DNA from: Haliotis rubra
Lineage: Eukaryota
NCBI RefSeq assembly: GCF_003918875.1
Contig: NW_025767606.1
Coordinates: forward strand, 124,001-188,000
DNA length: 64,000 nucleotides
Reading direction: 5' to 3'
How positions within the stretch are numbered: the stretch's first letter is position 1; each line of letters starts with the position of its first letter. The translations under genes were made by a program, and so were the position numbers. Below the pieces are notes generated by a model. That model saw nothing but the letters and a program-made list of their open reading frames with translations. It had not been told where the DNA came from and ran no database searches. Shown piece after piece: positions 35,905 through 50,900 of the stretch.

Positions 35905-38900
35905 GTGGGCGTTATTTGGATTTCATATTGATGATATTATAGTTAACACTAGTTACTTGTTTATTCGCGTCAGTCACCAAAACTGATCAATCAATCACAA
36001 TCGCCTCTGCACACACGATGACGTTATACTGACTATATAATTGTTATCTGTCGGTAGTGTATTTATGTTGTAAATCAGGTATTATCAATAAAAGTAAAAT
36101 CAACCAAAACATCACATTTAGTTTTTTGTTCTCTGGTTTAGAACCAGTTACCGGGATAATGTTTATCATTTTTATCTAAAAATGTAAACAGATATTTATT
36201 TTAATATAAATACGTGCATAAGGAGTTTTGTTTACGAGCCCACTAGGGTATACATATCAGTTTCATGACGCTATCAAAACTACGTCATTTAATCATCTGA
36301 TAAAGTCTATTAACGTCCCAGCCATGTCACTCAATCTGTTCCCACTACGGCTTAAGTGAATGATTTAAATTTGTCAGTACATTACCTTGCCATATATTCT
36401 TTGATAATCCATATATTACATGTATAGAACTTACTCGTTATCACTATAGGTGAGGTGAGGTGAAATTGGGTTTAACGTCGTGCTTGAGAATATTGCGATC
36501 ATGTGACGATGTGCATGCGTGTGTAAGTGTATGTGCGGCTGCTTGTACTAGCTCAGACTGAAGCTGGTTTTATAGTGCTAGCCCACTGAGATACGATGCC
36601 GCAGTGAAGCATGAATACCCCACTCAGACACAGTTTACTGACTCCGAGACGACCAGTCCTTGTTGTACCCATTAATGCCGAGTGCCAGGCAGGGACCACC
36701 AAGTACCATATTTTAACGTGTTTTGGTATGACGCGGTCGGGGATCGAACCCGAGACCTTCCGGTCTCCGGGCGGACGCTCTAACCACTACACCACGGAGG
36801 CGGTTCGTTATTATTATAAATTGTGCTTTCAGATTCATGCAATGTGGAAATACTCACAACAAGGTCCCCCACAAATATCTCTTCTCCGGGCTACCCCTTT
36901 ACAGACTATCCGAGGTGAGGGCATAATGTAAAGATGCCAAAAGAAAAGAAGTTAATGCTGTGGGACAAAGTTACTTAGTAACCTAATGACACCAAGTTAC
37001 TTATTACGCCAAAGTACTACAAGTCAAAACTTTAAGATTATTTGAATACTGTGGACAAAATGGTTTCTTGTCAACCACTGAAAACCTGGTGTTTTGTACA
37101 GACTTTGTTACTTACGAACCAATCAACGCATTTTAAAAACAGAGAAACTAATCGTAGCACCTTGTCTAACTGCATGCGTAGTGACCATTCAGCTTACCTT
37201 GAAAATGTTGGTTGTGTATTTTTAAAGCAAAACCATTTTTACTTTGGAATGCTGAGTCNNNNNNNNNNNNNNNNNNNNNNNNNNNNNNNNNNNNNNNNNN
37301 NNNNNNNNNNNNNNNNNNNNNNNNNNNNNNNNNNNNNNNNNNNNNNNNNNNNNNNNNNNNNNNNNNNNNNNNNNNNNNNNNNNNNNNNNNNGCTAGTATT
37401 GCTAAGAGACATTTCATGTTATTTGTTTTATCTGCAGGAATACAAACTGCTGGTGGAGGATCGATGCCAGTGACGAAGACAGAAACGTTATTGTGAGGGT
37501 TCTGGATTCTACAATCGAACAATCCCACAATTGCACTTATGATAGTCTGTCAATTTATGATGGTAAGGTTATGTACCTATAGTCAGTGAACAGTTTGGAT
37601 CACAAATATTATGATGCAACTGATATGTTAGTTTTTGCAGTAGCTTAATCATTGACACATACACATCAGTTCAAACAACACGTTCACTGTTATTATATAG
37701 CCTTAACTGAGTTAACTGTTATTCTTTGCATTCGAATGTTAAACGAATCGACCTGTTCTTTGATTTTGTCCAATGTCCAGCAATGTCCAATATTCGGTGT
37801 AATTTGTCTTTGAAATTGCAATCTATTTGTAACATGTTGTTCAAAGCTTTTGATGAGGATAGAGTTCGTGAAACGCCAAGCTCAAATACATGTTCAGAAA
37901 GGGCCCATTTCTCAATATCCTCGCTAAACCATGAAATAGTTTAAATGTCCGGACCCGTGAAGATCCGGGCTAGAATCGGTCTTCAGTAACCCATGCCTGT
38001 CATAAGAGTCGACTAACGGGATCGGGTGTTCAGGCTCGCTGACTTAATTGACACATGGCATCGTATCCCAATTGCGTAGATCGATGCTCATGCTGTAGAT
38101 CACTGGATTGTCTGGTCCAGACTCGATTATTTACAGACCGACGCCATATAGCTTGAATATTGCTGAATGCCGCGTAAAACAAAACTCACTTACTCAATGT
38201 GCGTGTCATATATGTACCCAGGACCAGATGCTACGGGCCCTTCTCTTGGGCGACTGTGTGGACGCAGCCGCACCTCTGTGATAAGCTCTGGTAGATCCAT
38301 CTATATCGTCTTCAAAAGTGACAGCAGTAACCAGTACAAGGGCTTCCTTCTTCAGTTTTCTGAAACAACAAGTGGGTTATTTAGTCACAATTGATCAACG
38401 GTACAAGTTCATTGTGCCAAATCAGTTTATATGCACAAAGACATGTTGACTAAGCGTGTGATGAATGACATTGTAAAACATCAAAAGAGGACAATTCAAA
38501 CATTTCCCCAACAACCTTCTTCAACTGTAACTTTGTGTATAATTTCAAGCATTATAATTTTGGAAACTGGGTATTCTCCGACGTGACTGTATATATATTG
38601 AATTCCATTCAAATCTAAAGGTGAAATTCATTCATTGCAGTCTGATTACGTGTTATCGTTACTGTTTGACTACAGTGGATGATAGAATAACTTCAATGAA
38701 CTGAAACATAATATGAACACATAGCTTAGTGATTCGATATAAGCAATCTGACAATTTCCGTGATATCTGTCTTTCTAAGGATGTGGAGGCGAGTTGACAG
38801 CAACACCTGAGGAAACAGTCTTTCAATCGCCTGGCTATCCCTACGAGTATGTAAAGTAAGTATATCGTATGTATTACCTAAATATATATTTTTACATATA

Positions 38901-41900
38901 TATTTGAATTAGTTTTCATAAACCGTCAGGATAATTGCGTACCCAGTCATGCATATCCTCGTGATTTCATTCCCAAAACACCGTGAAAATCATATGAATG
39001 GAGCAGGAAGCAAATGTACTGTAAGTCGCCATGGTCCCAAGTATGGTGATCTACCTTCAGTTGTTGGCGATCTATAGCCTGCTTTTATATTGTATTGTCA
39101 ATTATAGTTAAAATATGTTAGATTTAAATACTAGTCTTAAATTTATTACTGTCATAATGTAGTTGTTTCAATGTCCTTGGCAGACAGGTAAGTATATTAC
39201 ATGTGTATAAGTTTGTTTTTATTCATTTATAAATTAACAACTTTCTTAGTCACGATATGGTTGGAATACTGCCGATGTGACTTTAAATCTTAACTCACTC
39301 ACTCATATGAATGGACCAAGGAAATTCACTAATGACGCCAGGTGTTCGACAAAAGGGTGCGCATGTTCTACCCTACCTGTAACACATGCCATTCATACAA
39401 GCTGCTTGAAAAAGCTTGAATGTATTTTCAGTGCTCTGTATGTTGTGGCCTGTTTAAAATGCGGACACTCACGTGATCGGTGAACCAAACAAAACAGTAG
39501 TTGATCGTGATTTTACGACTATTGTGTCAAAGTTTAGGGATTCTTCTGCTTACAGGTAACGTAAACGTTTTGGAAATGGATTCACAGCCGCGGGGGCATA
39601 GACATATTTTTATATATCCACCCTTAAAGAATATTCAAAAGCAATGCATACCAAATAAATATTTAATTCGAACTTCATACAACAATGATGTATTTGCTCT
39701 ATAGCAACCACAAACTATCAAGATTTAAAATGTGTTATGTAATGCTTCAAATGTGCCTTCAAGAGCAGAAACGGGTGGAAATGAAATGTAAAATCACACT
39801 TCGTGTATATGGACCTATGCCTTTTCATACAACAAACATTCAAAAAGGAAAATAAAAATCCACTGACCTGTGAAGATACAGGTTAGAATTGGTTTTCAGC
39901 AACCCATGCATGTCGTAAGAGGCGACTAACGGGTCGGGCGGTCAGGCTTGCTGACTTGGTTGACATATGTCATCGTATCCCAGGTGCGTAGATCGATACT
40001 CATGTTGTTGATCCCTGGTCTGCCTGGTCCAGACTTGATTATTTACAGACCGCTGTCACATAGCTGGAATATTGCTGAGTGCGTCGTAAAACTAAACTCA
40101 CTTACATTATAATACCCCTGTCAATGTGTTCCAGCGAAATGAATTGCACATGGTACTTCACGGCCGAGAATGAAAATGATACAATAGTCATGACGTTTGA
40201 TGAGATTAATGTGCAGCAAAGCACCTATTGTGACATTGGCTCGGTTTCCATCTACAACGACCACGAAAACGACGGTGAGTACGATATATGTCCATCTCGG
40301 ATGACGATCTTCCTTATTCTCTCAGTACCTGAACTGCACCCATTCTGTTGTGCTGAATAGTTAGATATGCCCGCCAAGTATAGATGATACACGATTTTAC
40401 ACTTATGTTAGTAAACAAGGACTGATCGGTTCGGATCACAATGGTATAGCCACGTTAACACCCTGGATGGTGTACCTCGCCGATATATTTTTACTAGTCA
40501 CTGGTTCGCTAGCCCGTGACTAGTAAAAAACTCCAGTCGGGCCAGTATATCTCCGCAGTCACTGACCCGACTGGCTCGCGAATTTTCATGGGGTCATCTT
40601 TTAAATAAAACCACTCTCTCCAAATTGTTAAGTCATAATACACTTTTAAATTATGCAAGATTATGGCCTGGTAAATTATCATTATGGTATTTTACCTTTT
40701 TCTATTCTTTTGCTTAGTTTCCACATTAAAAGTTTTGGCTAGTGAATTATTTTGTTGCCTAGGAACTTTCAGGCATAACTAGCCCTACTGGCAAGCAAAA
40801 TTTGGAAACTATTTCGCACACTGGACGTGCGACTCTCGTAGAGCTACGGTCGCTTTGAGGAACGGGGCCCTGGGATTTTGGTTATTGTACTTGAGACCCA
40901 GGGCGGCTAGGATCCTCGGCTTTACAACCTTCAAACTGTCTGTATCTTGTAAACGGTTACTAAACGTTTACGTTGAAAAAGTCACTTTATCAAAACTGTT
41001 ATTTCCTTAATGATTGAATACGGTGTAACTCAATGAGCTAGCACAATTACACAGGGATACATACGGGCTAGTACAAGTAGCGTATGTGCCCATCGATATT
41101 TTGGGAATATTGCTAAAAACAGCTTAAAACAATACTCCAACTTTTTCCACTGCCAACTTTTTCCATAGCAGACCTTATGTGAATAAGGTATGAATTCCTT
41201 TTGAGACTAATGTATGGACATATGTACCAAAGCTTCGATTCTATTGTATCCTGAGCTTATCTATTCCTATTTGTGGCGGAACTGCATTATCAGTGGTTTA
41301 AGGGAGGTTACTCTCCCACATTCGAAACTAAACATGGTAGATTTTGCATACACTGGTATGGTTGGTTTGTTATTTGCTCAGTACTCAGCAACATTCCAGC
41401 TTTATGGCGGCGGTCTGTACATATTCGAGTCTGGACCAGACGTTCCAGTGATCAACAGCATGAACATCCATCTACGGAATTGGGAACCGATGACATTTGT
41501 CAACCAAGTTTGCATGTCTGACCACCCCATCCCGTTAGTCGCTTCTAACGACAAGCATGGGTTACTGAAGATCAATTCTAGCCCGGATCTTCACGGGTAT
41601 CGAAACTAAACTCTCACCATAAACTTTCACAGATATCGGCCGCAATAAATGCTCACAAATACAGTTCAAGGGTCACTTATTCATACAAAATGCATTAAAT
41701 TGTGACTACACTGACCGTGGATTCGCTGATATTTATGAGTGTACACCTTTTGTAGAACGGTTCTAAAGCTATCTATGACGCAATTGGTTGGGATTTTGAC
41801 CTTTGATGTCATAGGGGTCATATGCTTATCGCCGAGTTTCTACTTTGGGGTATGGATGTGTTGCGAAAATGCTGCGTGAATTTAACGGTCGTGTCGAGTA

Positions 41901-44900
41901 TAGTTAGCCCCAGTGTAAAATATGTAAAAGTTCCCATTATGATATAATCAAACTAAATAACAGTATTAATAATAATAATAATAATTATGTTTTTTCAAAC
42001 AGTGACCTCTTTATCAAAAACTGTTAAAGGTGGACCCACAGTTCTGTCTACATTCGTGTGAACAGTTTTATATAGACTTTTGTGAGCTCGTTTTGCGTTC
42101 AGTTGCATAACACAGTCAACACATTTTTGAAATGCTAAGATTGCAGTTTTACTCATTTTTCGAAATTTGGACCCACTCAAAAAAATCTATATTGCGTAAA
42201 AACGAGTGGGCCCACATTTCTGCTTTCACTTTGATGTGTACAGATTGGTTGGTGATATCGAAGGTAGAAACCGGTTTGTATTTACAAACAAGGGCAATGA
42301 GATGGCCTACCTCTCTACAATTCAATAATATTGACAAATACGTGTAACAATCCTAAAGCAATATGCTGCAATTCATATAAAGAGATTATTACACTAGCAA
42401 ACGAGAGCGAGGGCAATGCCTTATATTCCCACGTATGACACATTTCCTACAGTAGTAATTGCTCGAGTGTAATAATTTCTTTATCTTCCATTTTATTCAC
42501 TTACATTTGTGCAGTAATACACGGTAAACAGGTGTGATGGCCCTCTTCATTGACGTCACGTTCAAGTGTTTAATAACGTCACAGACGACGAAATACAGAA
42601 ACAGTGGTTGCTAGGCAAAAGTGATATGTGAGGTGAGGTGAAATTGGGTTTAACGTCGTACTTGAGAATATTTCGCTCATATGACGATGTGCATGCGTGT
42701 GTATGTGTATGTGCGGATACTTGTACTAGCCCAGACTGAAGCTGGTTTTATAGTTCTAGCCCACTGAGAAACCATGCCGCAGTGAAGCATGAATACCACA
42801 CTCGGACACATTATACTGACTCCGAGCCGACCAGTCCTTGTTGTACCCTTTAATGCCGAGCGCCAAGCAGGGACCAACAAATACCATATTTTAGCGTCTT
42901 TTGGTATGACGCGGCCGGGGATCGAACCCGCGACCATCCGCTCTCCGGGCGGACGCTCTAACCACTACACCACGGAGGCGGCCAAAGTGAGATGTGCTCA
43001 TGAGCAAACATGTTATATATGACTCTGGTTATGTTTCACCAAATGGGTAACATGGAAATGATTCATTAAAATGTATAGTGTTCATGATAATCGAGTAACG
43101 GACGACACAGTTTATCGCTTTCTCACCGCCATGCTTTTTTTTCTGATACGAAATTAATCAGCATACCGCCAGTCTGTGTTTAAAGTTAGCTCCCTTCGAA
43201 ACTCGAACCACTGATATTGCGGTTTCGCCATTTATTGGGACCCGTGAAGGTCCGGGTTAGAATTGACCTTTAGTAGCCCATACTTTTCGTAAGAGGCGAC
43301 AAACGGAATCGGGTGGTCAGGCTCGCTGACTTGGTTGACACATGTCATCTGTTCCGAATTGCACAGATCGATGCTCATGCTGTTGATCACCGGATTGTCT
43401 GGCCCAGACTCGATTATTTACAGACCGCCGCCATATAGCTAGAATATTGCTGAGTGCGTCGTAAAACGAAACTCACTCACTCACTCGCCATTTATTGTAC
43501 GTGTTCTTATTTCTAACAGACGAACAGCTACTCGGACAAATCTGTGACGATACCACGCCTAACCTTCAAAGTTCCAGAAACAAAATGAGGATCGACTTTC
43601 ATAGGGATATGGACACTATGGGAATCGGATTCTCTCTGAAATTCAAAACGGTGAAAGGTATGTTAGACATGTTGTCGAAACTATTTTACGTGAGGTTACG
43701 GGATATTGAATTTTGTTTATTCTGCGCATACTTTAACAATGTAAGTGACATAATTTTGACGATTGCAATCAGTGCCATTCGTTTATTCGAATGGTTAACA
43801 GGTAAAATTGCAACACTCTTGCTGACACTTATTATTATATAAAATTAAGTGTACTAAAAACATTTTTCTGCATCACCAGCTAGTGTTTGTAACCTGACAA
43901 TGGTCTCTACTACCACCCCGCAATACTTCGTATCGCCTGGATATCCGGATGCATATGATCGGTACGTTTCATATATTTGTTACCGTAAACTATTTACAGT
44001 TATTTCTTAACCTGTACATTTGCTTGAAAGTTACAACCTGCTATGAATACATCGGTAGCGTATCTATATTTGTATTGAGAAAAACGTGTTATTGCTGAAA
44101 ACTCTGCAACTGCTGAAAAACAATTCAAACGTAATTATTTTTTAGGTGTTCGTTATTTACACACTATGTCTGATAATTGTGACAAACTGTGTGAAAACAT
44201 GTGGACGCCCTGCACGCAAATGCCATCTTCATGCCATCATTCTGACTAAGAGGGATCGTAGCGCTAAGATGATCGTAACTCCCATAATTTAACATAGACT
44301 TACGACTGTAGTAGAGCTAAGGCGACCGTAACTCCCATACTTTAACATAGACTTACGACTGTTGTAGCGCTAAGGCGACCGTAACTCCCATACTTTAACA
44401 TAGACTTACGACTGTTGTAGTGCTAAGGCAACCGTAACTCCCATACTTTAACATAGACTTACGACTGTCGTAGTGCTACGATCGCTTTGAGGAACGGGGC
44501 CCTGGATTTGGGTTATTGTCCTGGAGAACCCAGGGCGGCTTGGATCATCAGCGTTATGTGTTGTTGGTCCACAATTTGCTCAAGACAGATTGAGAAACAA
44601 TGCAGCGTTTGGCCAACAGTACTTTGAAGTGTGACCACCTTTAAACTGTCTGTATCTTGTAAACGTTTATGTTGAAAAAGTCACATTATCAAAACTGCTA
44701 TTTCCTTAATGATTGAACGTGTTATTAAAGTGTTAGTTATTGAGCTTTAGATTCCAAGGAAACAGAGTTTGAGTGACAATGGCAAATCTGACATACCACC
44801 CCCTGCACATGCTTTAGAACTGGCATGCTTCTTGACTTTTTCGGAGCTTGAATTCTTTGGAAACGTTCTTACTACATAAATCACTGACGTTCAAAGCAAG

Positions 44901-47900
44901 ACTTGTGTGTATGTGTCTGTAGTTTCATCATATAATATTCAATACCCTTCTGTAATTATTTGCAAATAGCAAGTAAACATGTAGATGGTCATACATATGG
45001 ATACCGCAGAATAAGAGGAAAATGGACGCAATTTTGAAACCGTGTCATTTACTCATCTTTAGATCACGACACGCCTGCACACTCATTTGTGGGTAATAGG
45101 CAAGCATATTGCTGTTTACACCCACTTGTATTTAGATTTTATATACAGTCATTTGGATTTGGATTTCAAAATAAACGTGTTTGTTGTTATCAGTGACTTG
45201 GAATGTGTGTGGATAATCGTGGCAGTGGTTCAGCCATATGTTCAACTTGACGTCATCGACGCAGAAATTGAGGGCCCATACCCTTCCTGCAGCAACGACT
45301 CAGTGACTGTTTATGGAGGTATTTAGTGTCTTTTGTTAGCTAGGCTATTTGCGTTGAGCTTATTTGCGGAAATTAACAAATAATGGTTGATATAAAGTAA
45401 CAAGAATTTCAGTGCTCGTTTAACAAACTATTCGATAGCACATGTATTCATGAATAAGATGTTCTACTTGCTAAGTAAAGAGATTATATTCACTTGGATA
45501 ACAAAGGTTATTTTATAGTAACATCATTTAGGATGAAGGAAAGGAAAACACATTTAAAACATGCGTTGGTATTAATTACTTTCTTGTAGAGGTACAATAT
45601 TAAAAGTGCAATAACGTGTTACAGCAATGAATCTTTCAAGCAATGGACTGGGAACGTTTTGTGGCAATGCCACACCGACCTACACGTCGCCAAACCAGTT
45701 CTTGGTTGTGAAATTTAAGACAGATGATGTGATTGAAGATAAGGGCTTCCGTATCAAATACACGAGTGTCAGAAAAATAGGTAAAGGATGATACCTATCT
45801 TACATCAAAGTTAAATGTCTGTAAAGCTTACTATACTGGCTATGGTGGAATGAATGCTTATTTATTATTCCGGAATTTTTGTATTCTTACCCGTGAAGGT
45901 CCGGGTTAGAATGAACCTTCAGGACCCATGCTTGTCGTTAGAGGCGACGACTAACGGGATCGGGTGGTCGTGCAATCAGGCTCGCCGGCTTGATTGACAC
46001 ATGTCATCGGTTCCCAATTGCGCAGATCGATGCTCATGCTGTTGATCACCGGATTGTCTGGTCCAGACTCGTTTATTTACAAACCGCCGCCATATAGGTG
46101 GAATATTGCTGAGTGCGGCGTAAAACGAAACTCACTCACTCACTCAATTTTTGTTCTTCATCTGTATGAACATTACTGATAGTACCATTACATGTAGTAA
46201 TGTTTTGACAACCATACTAATATGTTTGACTTGAACAATGTTTATATCATTTTCCAGACCAGTGTGGAAATACATCTCTCTCAGCTCAAACAACACACAA
46301 GTTCCTTCAGTCCCCCGCATATCCTAATCATTATCAAAAGTAAGTATAACTATATTTCTATTTCACCATTTATTCTCATTGTTAGCATTTAAGAGTTTAA
46401 AAATTCAACCAAAATATGTCCTCACATCGAGCTGCCTTACCTAAGACACAATCTGTCTTGACATATTTTACCCCATATTTTTCATAGGCCTTATTGAGAC
46501 ACATGATTTTGTATTTCAAATGAGGAGTATGTTTGTTTGCAAATTTGTTATTCTACATCACATACTCACGCTGGCAACAGTTAAACAACTTATGTGATTT
46601 GACTGAACACTTTGATAAGTACTGCAGCAACGAACAGACCTCAATACTCATCTGTACCATTCAAAATGGTAATCTTGTGTAACGATGTAATGTGATAATT
46701 GTGGGACCGAATATTTTCAAAAAGTTTTCCGGGCTGTCCTATATATGGTAAACATATTACTTGTAAACTCTTTTTTTCAAAAAAACTAAACTGTATCTTA
46801 ATCTGTGACATTGGAGCGGTTATTTGAAATTCAGCAAAATGGTGCACTTACTAAATAACACAAACATTGATTTTCATGTGTATTTGTGCACTACATATAT
46901 ACCGTCTACTTCTCAATGGAATAGATTTGGGGAGCCTACCCTGCTTAGTAATCATACTTTTAATCTATAGTTACCTCAAATCATCTCTTCTTGCAGCAAT
47001 GATCTTTGTATTTGGACGATGACGGCATCGTCGTCAAATTCCATGGTCAGAATTGTGGTACTTGATTCCGTTCTTGAAGGAGGAAATAACTGTCCCTTTG
47101 ACTCTGTGACGGTTTACGATGGTGGGTAGAAAAAAACACAAACTTGTTCATAGTTTTAGTCCATAATACATCAGGTGGTGACGCAAGTGATTGACTCAAT
47201 TAATGTCAGTGAACTAATATTCACCTTTCGAGTATTCGCATAGGTAACAAGTTACGTAAAATTGGTCGATCAGCTATTTCACATGCATAGGACTCACACA
47301 TACCATCAAGTGATCTATTGCCTCTATCTTCCCTACTGAGTTGAACCTAAGTCTGTATTGTTGTCTATATAACTTACCCTTTCCTGTATTTTAATGAGTG
47401 CACTGGGAATATTATGATGGTAAATGTTGCATCCATTCGTTTTCCAGGTACTAGCATACATTCCAACGTGATAACAGTATGGTGTAATACAATGACACCG
47501 ACAGTACAGAGCACTGGACATGCAATGACACTGAAGTTTAAGACAGACGGCTCCAATACATTCAGGGGCTTCAGACTCAAGTACTTTGAAACAACTAGTA
47601 AGTAACCAGCTGATGATATATGCTTTCAACCAAAACGTACACATCTTCAGTATATGAAAGACAATGGTATTTTAACACTTTAGGTTGTGTATTTGGAATG
47701 ACGTTTTTTGTGCAAGGAATGAGATATATAACCAACATCATAGGCAAAAATGGTAATTTCTGCTTTAATAAATGTACAGATCCTTTTAGCAGACTACAGT
47801 GATGCAATGAATATCGGCTTAAATGCTGAAGGTGACGCAAGAGTCACAGAGTCATAAGAATGTTCATACAACTAGGTTCGCTCATTTCAACCACTGAATG

Positions 47901-50900
47901 CGGGGCGGTGGGGTAGCCTAGTGGTTCAAGCGTTGGCTCGTCACGCCGAAGACCCGGGTTCGAATCCCCACATGGGTACAATGTGTGAAGCCCATTTCTG
48001 GTGTTCCCCCGCCGTGATGTAGCTGGAATATTGCTAAAAGCGGCGTAAAACCAAACTCAGTCAGTCAGTTCAACCACTGAATGCACATGTCCACATTTAC
48101 ATGCAATGTATTCTTCCGGTCGTCGTGACCATATCAATACAATGCATTTTACTGGGGGAGTTTACATAAATCCGAATGTTGACTTCGATGTTTTAAGGAA
48201 ATAACCAACAACGTAAATTCGATCTACTAATGATCTCTACGTATATTATTAAAAAAAATCAGTTCCAACACTAATACGTCCTTTGAACTATGTGGCAACT
48301 GGAATATGATATTCATTGTGCTATCTTTACCATTTGGATGAGCTGTGAATTCGTACATTATATATTATTCTATTAGGAGTGAGTGAGTGAGTTTAGTTTT
48401 ACGCCGCACTCAGCAATATCCCAGCTATATGGCGGCGGTCTGTAAATAATCGAGTCTGGACCGAACAATCCAGTGGTCTACAGCATGAGCATCGATGGAA
48501 CCGATGACAAGTGTCAACCAAGCCATCGAGCTTGACCACCCGATCCCGTTAGTCGCCTCTTACGAGAAGCATGGGTTACTGGGGGTTACTTCACGGGTTA
48601 TTCTATTAGGAAAACATGTGTCCATCCTTTTCAATGTGATACCAAAAATATTACTCCCATTTGTTCCAGGCCCGTTACCATGCGGTGGACACGAGAGTGC
48701 CTCTTCTTACGACCAGTATCTAACATCCCCAGGCTATCCCAGGGACTACCCACCGTAAGAACGATTTCGAATCCCCACATGAGTAAAATGATTTCTGACG
48801 TCCCGAGCCATGATATTGCTAGAATATTGCTAAAAGCGGCTTAAAACAATCTCACTCACTCACTTACTCACTAACTCATTTGCCACAGAAGATATTAGTT
48901 TCAGTATTTCCATATGCTTAATGCTTAGAATTAAACTTCATTTATGTTACATATATGTTTCATTTGGCAACAGAAACAAGGACTGTACATGGACTGTTAA
49001 TACAGATTTTACGCAGATCAAGATTAATGTTCTCGACAGCGAGATGGAAGGACTCTCCTGTGCGGGTGACAACGTTAAAATAATTGATGGTAAGGTAACA
49101 TTGTTTTCGCCGAACACAGCCTAAAGACAGACTCATTTAATGCAATAGGGATACTTTAAATTTGTTTTACTTGCTCCACTAACCGCCGTGTCAAATGTAT
49201 GAAAGATAAACAATCTAAGTAATAACTACATGTGCAAAAATGTAGGCTTTTCCTGCAGTTATCATTCACGGATAAAAGCCATTTTCCATTGCCTCCATTA
49301 CAGAAAGAAAACAAACAGTGCCTTCTTCTGTGGATACAAAACTCGTACATGCATATACTGTACATAATATCATTCTATTTATTCTTTCCATTAAAATCGA
49401 CTAATTAGCATGTCAATATAAATCAGCAAAAAAGATATTATAAGCATGTTTGTATTCATTTTCATTTTCACTCAGTCACTATCCGATCCCGTTTAAAATC
49501 TCCAAATGTATTCGTACCTGTTCTGCTACCAAGTGTTTTGTTTGCAGAACAATACATATGCAGTCACATTTGTTAATTGTGTGGTACAGGGGAAGTTCTA
49601 CTGGCTACTATATACATGTTATTTTGTTCAGGAGATGGCGTGTCATTAATTGGGGAGCTCTGCGGGAGTAACACACCAACCATATACAGTTCTGGTTCGT
49701 CTGCCACAATAAGGTTCCACTCAGACTCTTCAACCTCTGGTAGAGGCTTCAAACTGGCATATACAGGAGGCGATTATTTCAGTCGTGAGTATGATTTTTG
49801 TAACTTATATCTAACGAAGGAAATTATCAATCGAGATCTCTGCTGATATCTGTTAAGTCTCGAATGCATTTGTCTGAGCACCTGCACATAGCAAAAAACA
49901 TAACCTTAAGTGTGCACATATAAGGCGAAACCCTTAATTTTTACTGATAGCTACAACTGATGACACACTTGTGATATGTGTTCATGTTTTGAAAGGAAAT
50001 ATCGAATATCATTCTTTAAATCACTGTTTCCACATGTGCAGAACTAAATCGCCTCTTGTGTTCATTCAGCATGTGGTCAAGAAGATATCACCGCAGACAT
50101 TTGGTCAGACTACCTTACCTCCCCCAACTATCCTTACCACTACCCAAGGTAAGTTGAAGGCTGGTCGGTTTGTTGTTGAACGCCGCACTCAGCAATATTC
50201 CAGCTAAATGGCGGCAGTCTGTAAAAAAATCGAGTCTGGACTAGAAAATCCATTGATAGACAGCATGAGCATCGATCTACGCAATTGGGAACCGATGATT
50301 TGTGTCAACCAAGTCAGCGAGCCTGTCCACCCGATCCGTTTGTCGCCCCTACGACATGCATGGGTTGCTGATTACACAGATATTAACTAACTTGGATCTT
50401 TATGGGTGTAAGTTGAAAGATGAATATTTGTGTAAAACAAGTATAATGAATAAGTATACTTTATGCATAATCTGAGCATGACTACATTTATGACAATTTT
50501 CCTGTCACACATGTACACCATCAACCCGAGACACACGTATTCACCTTCTGTCCAAAGACCAGAAGGTTGATAAGAATTTTTTATCATATATCACAAAATG
50601 AAATTTTGAAATTATCTATTTGTAAGTGAATGCAAGTATATTTTCACCTTGTTTGGAAGACATTGTCTAGGTGAATCCCGCCGACTAAACTCCAACGTTT
50701 TACCATTAGGGCTAATAGTGATCACCCATTCAAAATGCATTGATCAATTTTTTTTGTGGATGAGAAGACTGACGTAACGTAGATCGAAATACTTACACAC
50801 TTAGTAAAACCTGTAAACATTCATACGTGCCGAAATACCTTTAAATTATACGATCAAAAGCTTCTTTACATGGAGTTTTTTATATCCCGTTGTCCCCCAT

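Noticed and set aside
36611-36931. Recurring ORFs such as MNTxLRHIILTPSRPVLVVPINAE and SQLRRSMLMLLITGLSGPD
   Set aside because: Chance translations of SINE copies; frames and stops differ between copies.
43238-43310. tRNA-less SINE head as an HDV, twister or pistol ribozyme
   Set aside because: I could not fit the P3/L3/P1.1 arrangement or the conserved cores of these classes, so it is reported only as an unclassified pseudoknot.
44255-44502. CRISPR-like regular repeats (also 26570-26880)
   Set aside because: No unique spacers and no cas genes; eukaryotic MITE-internal tandem repeats.
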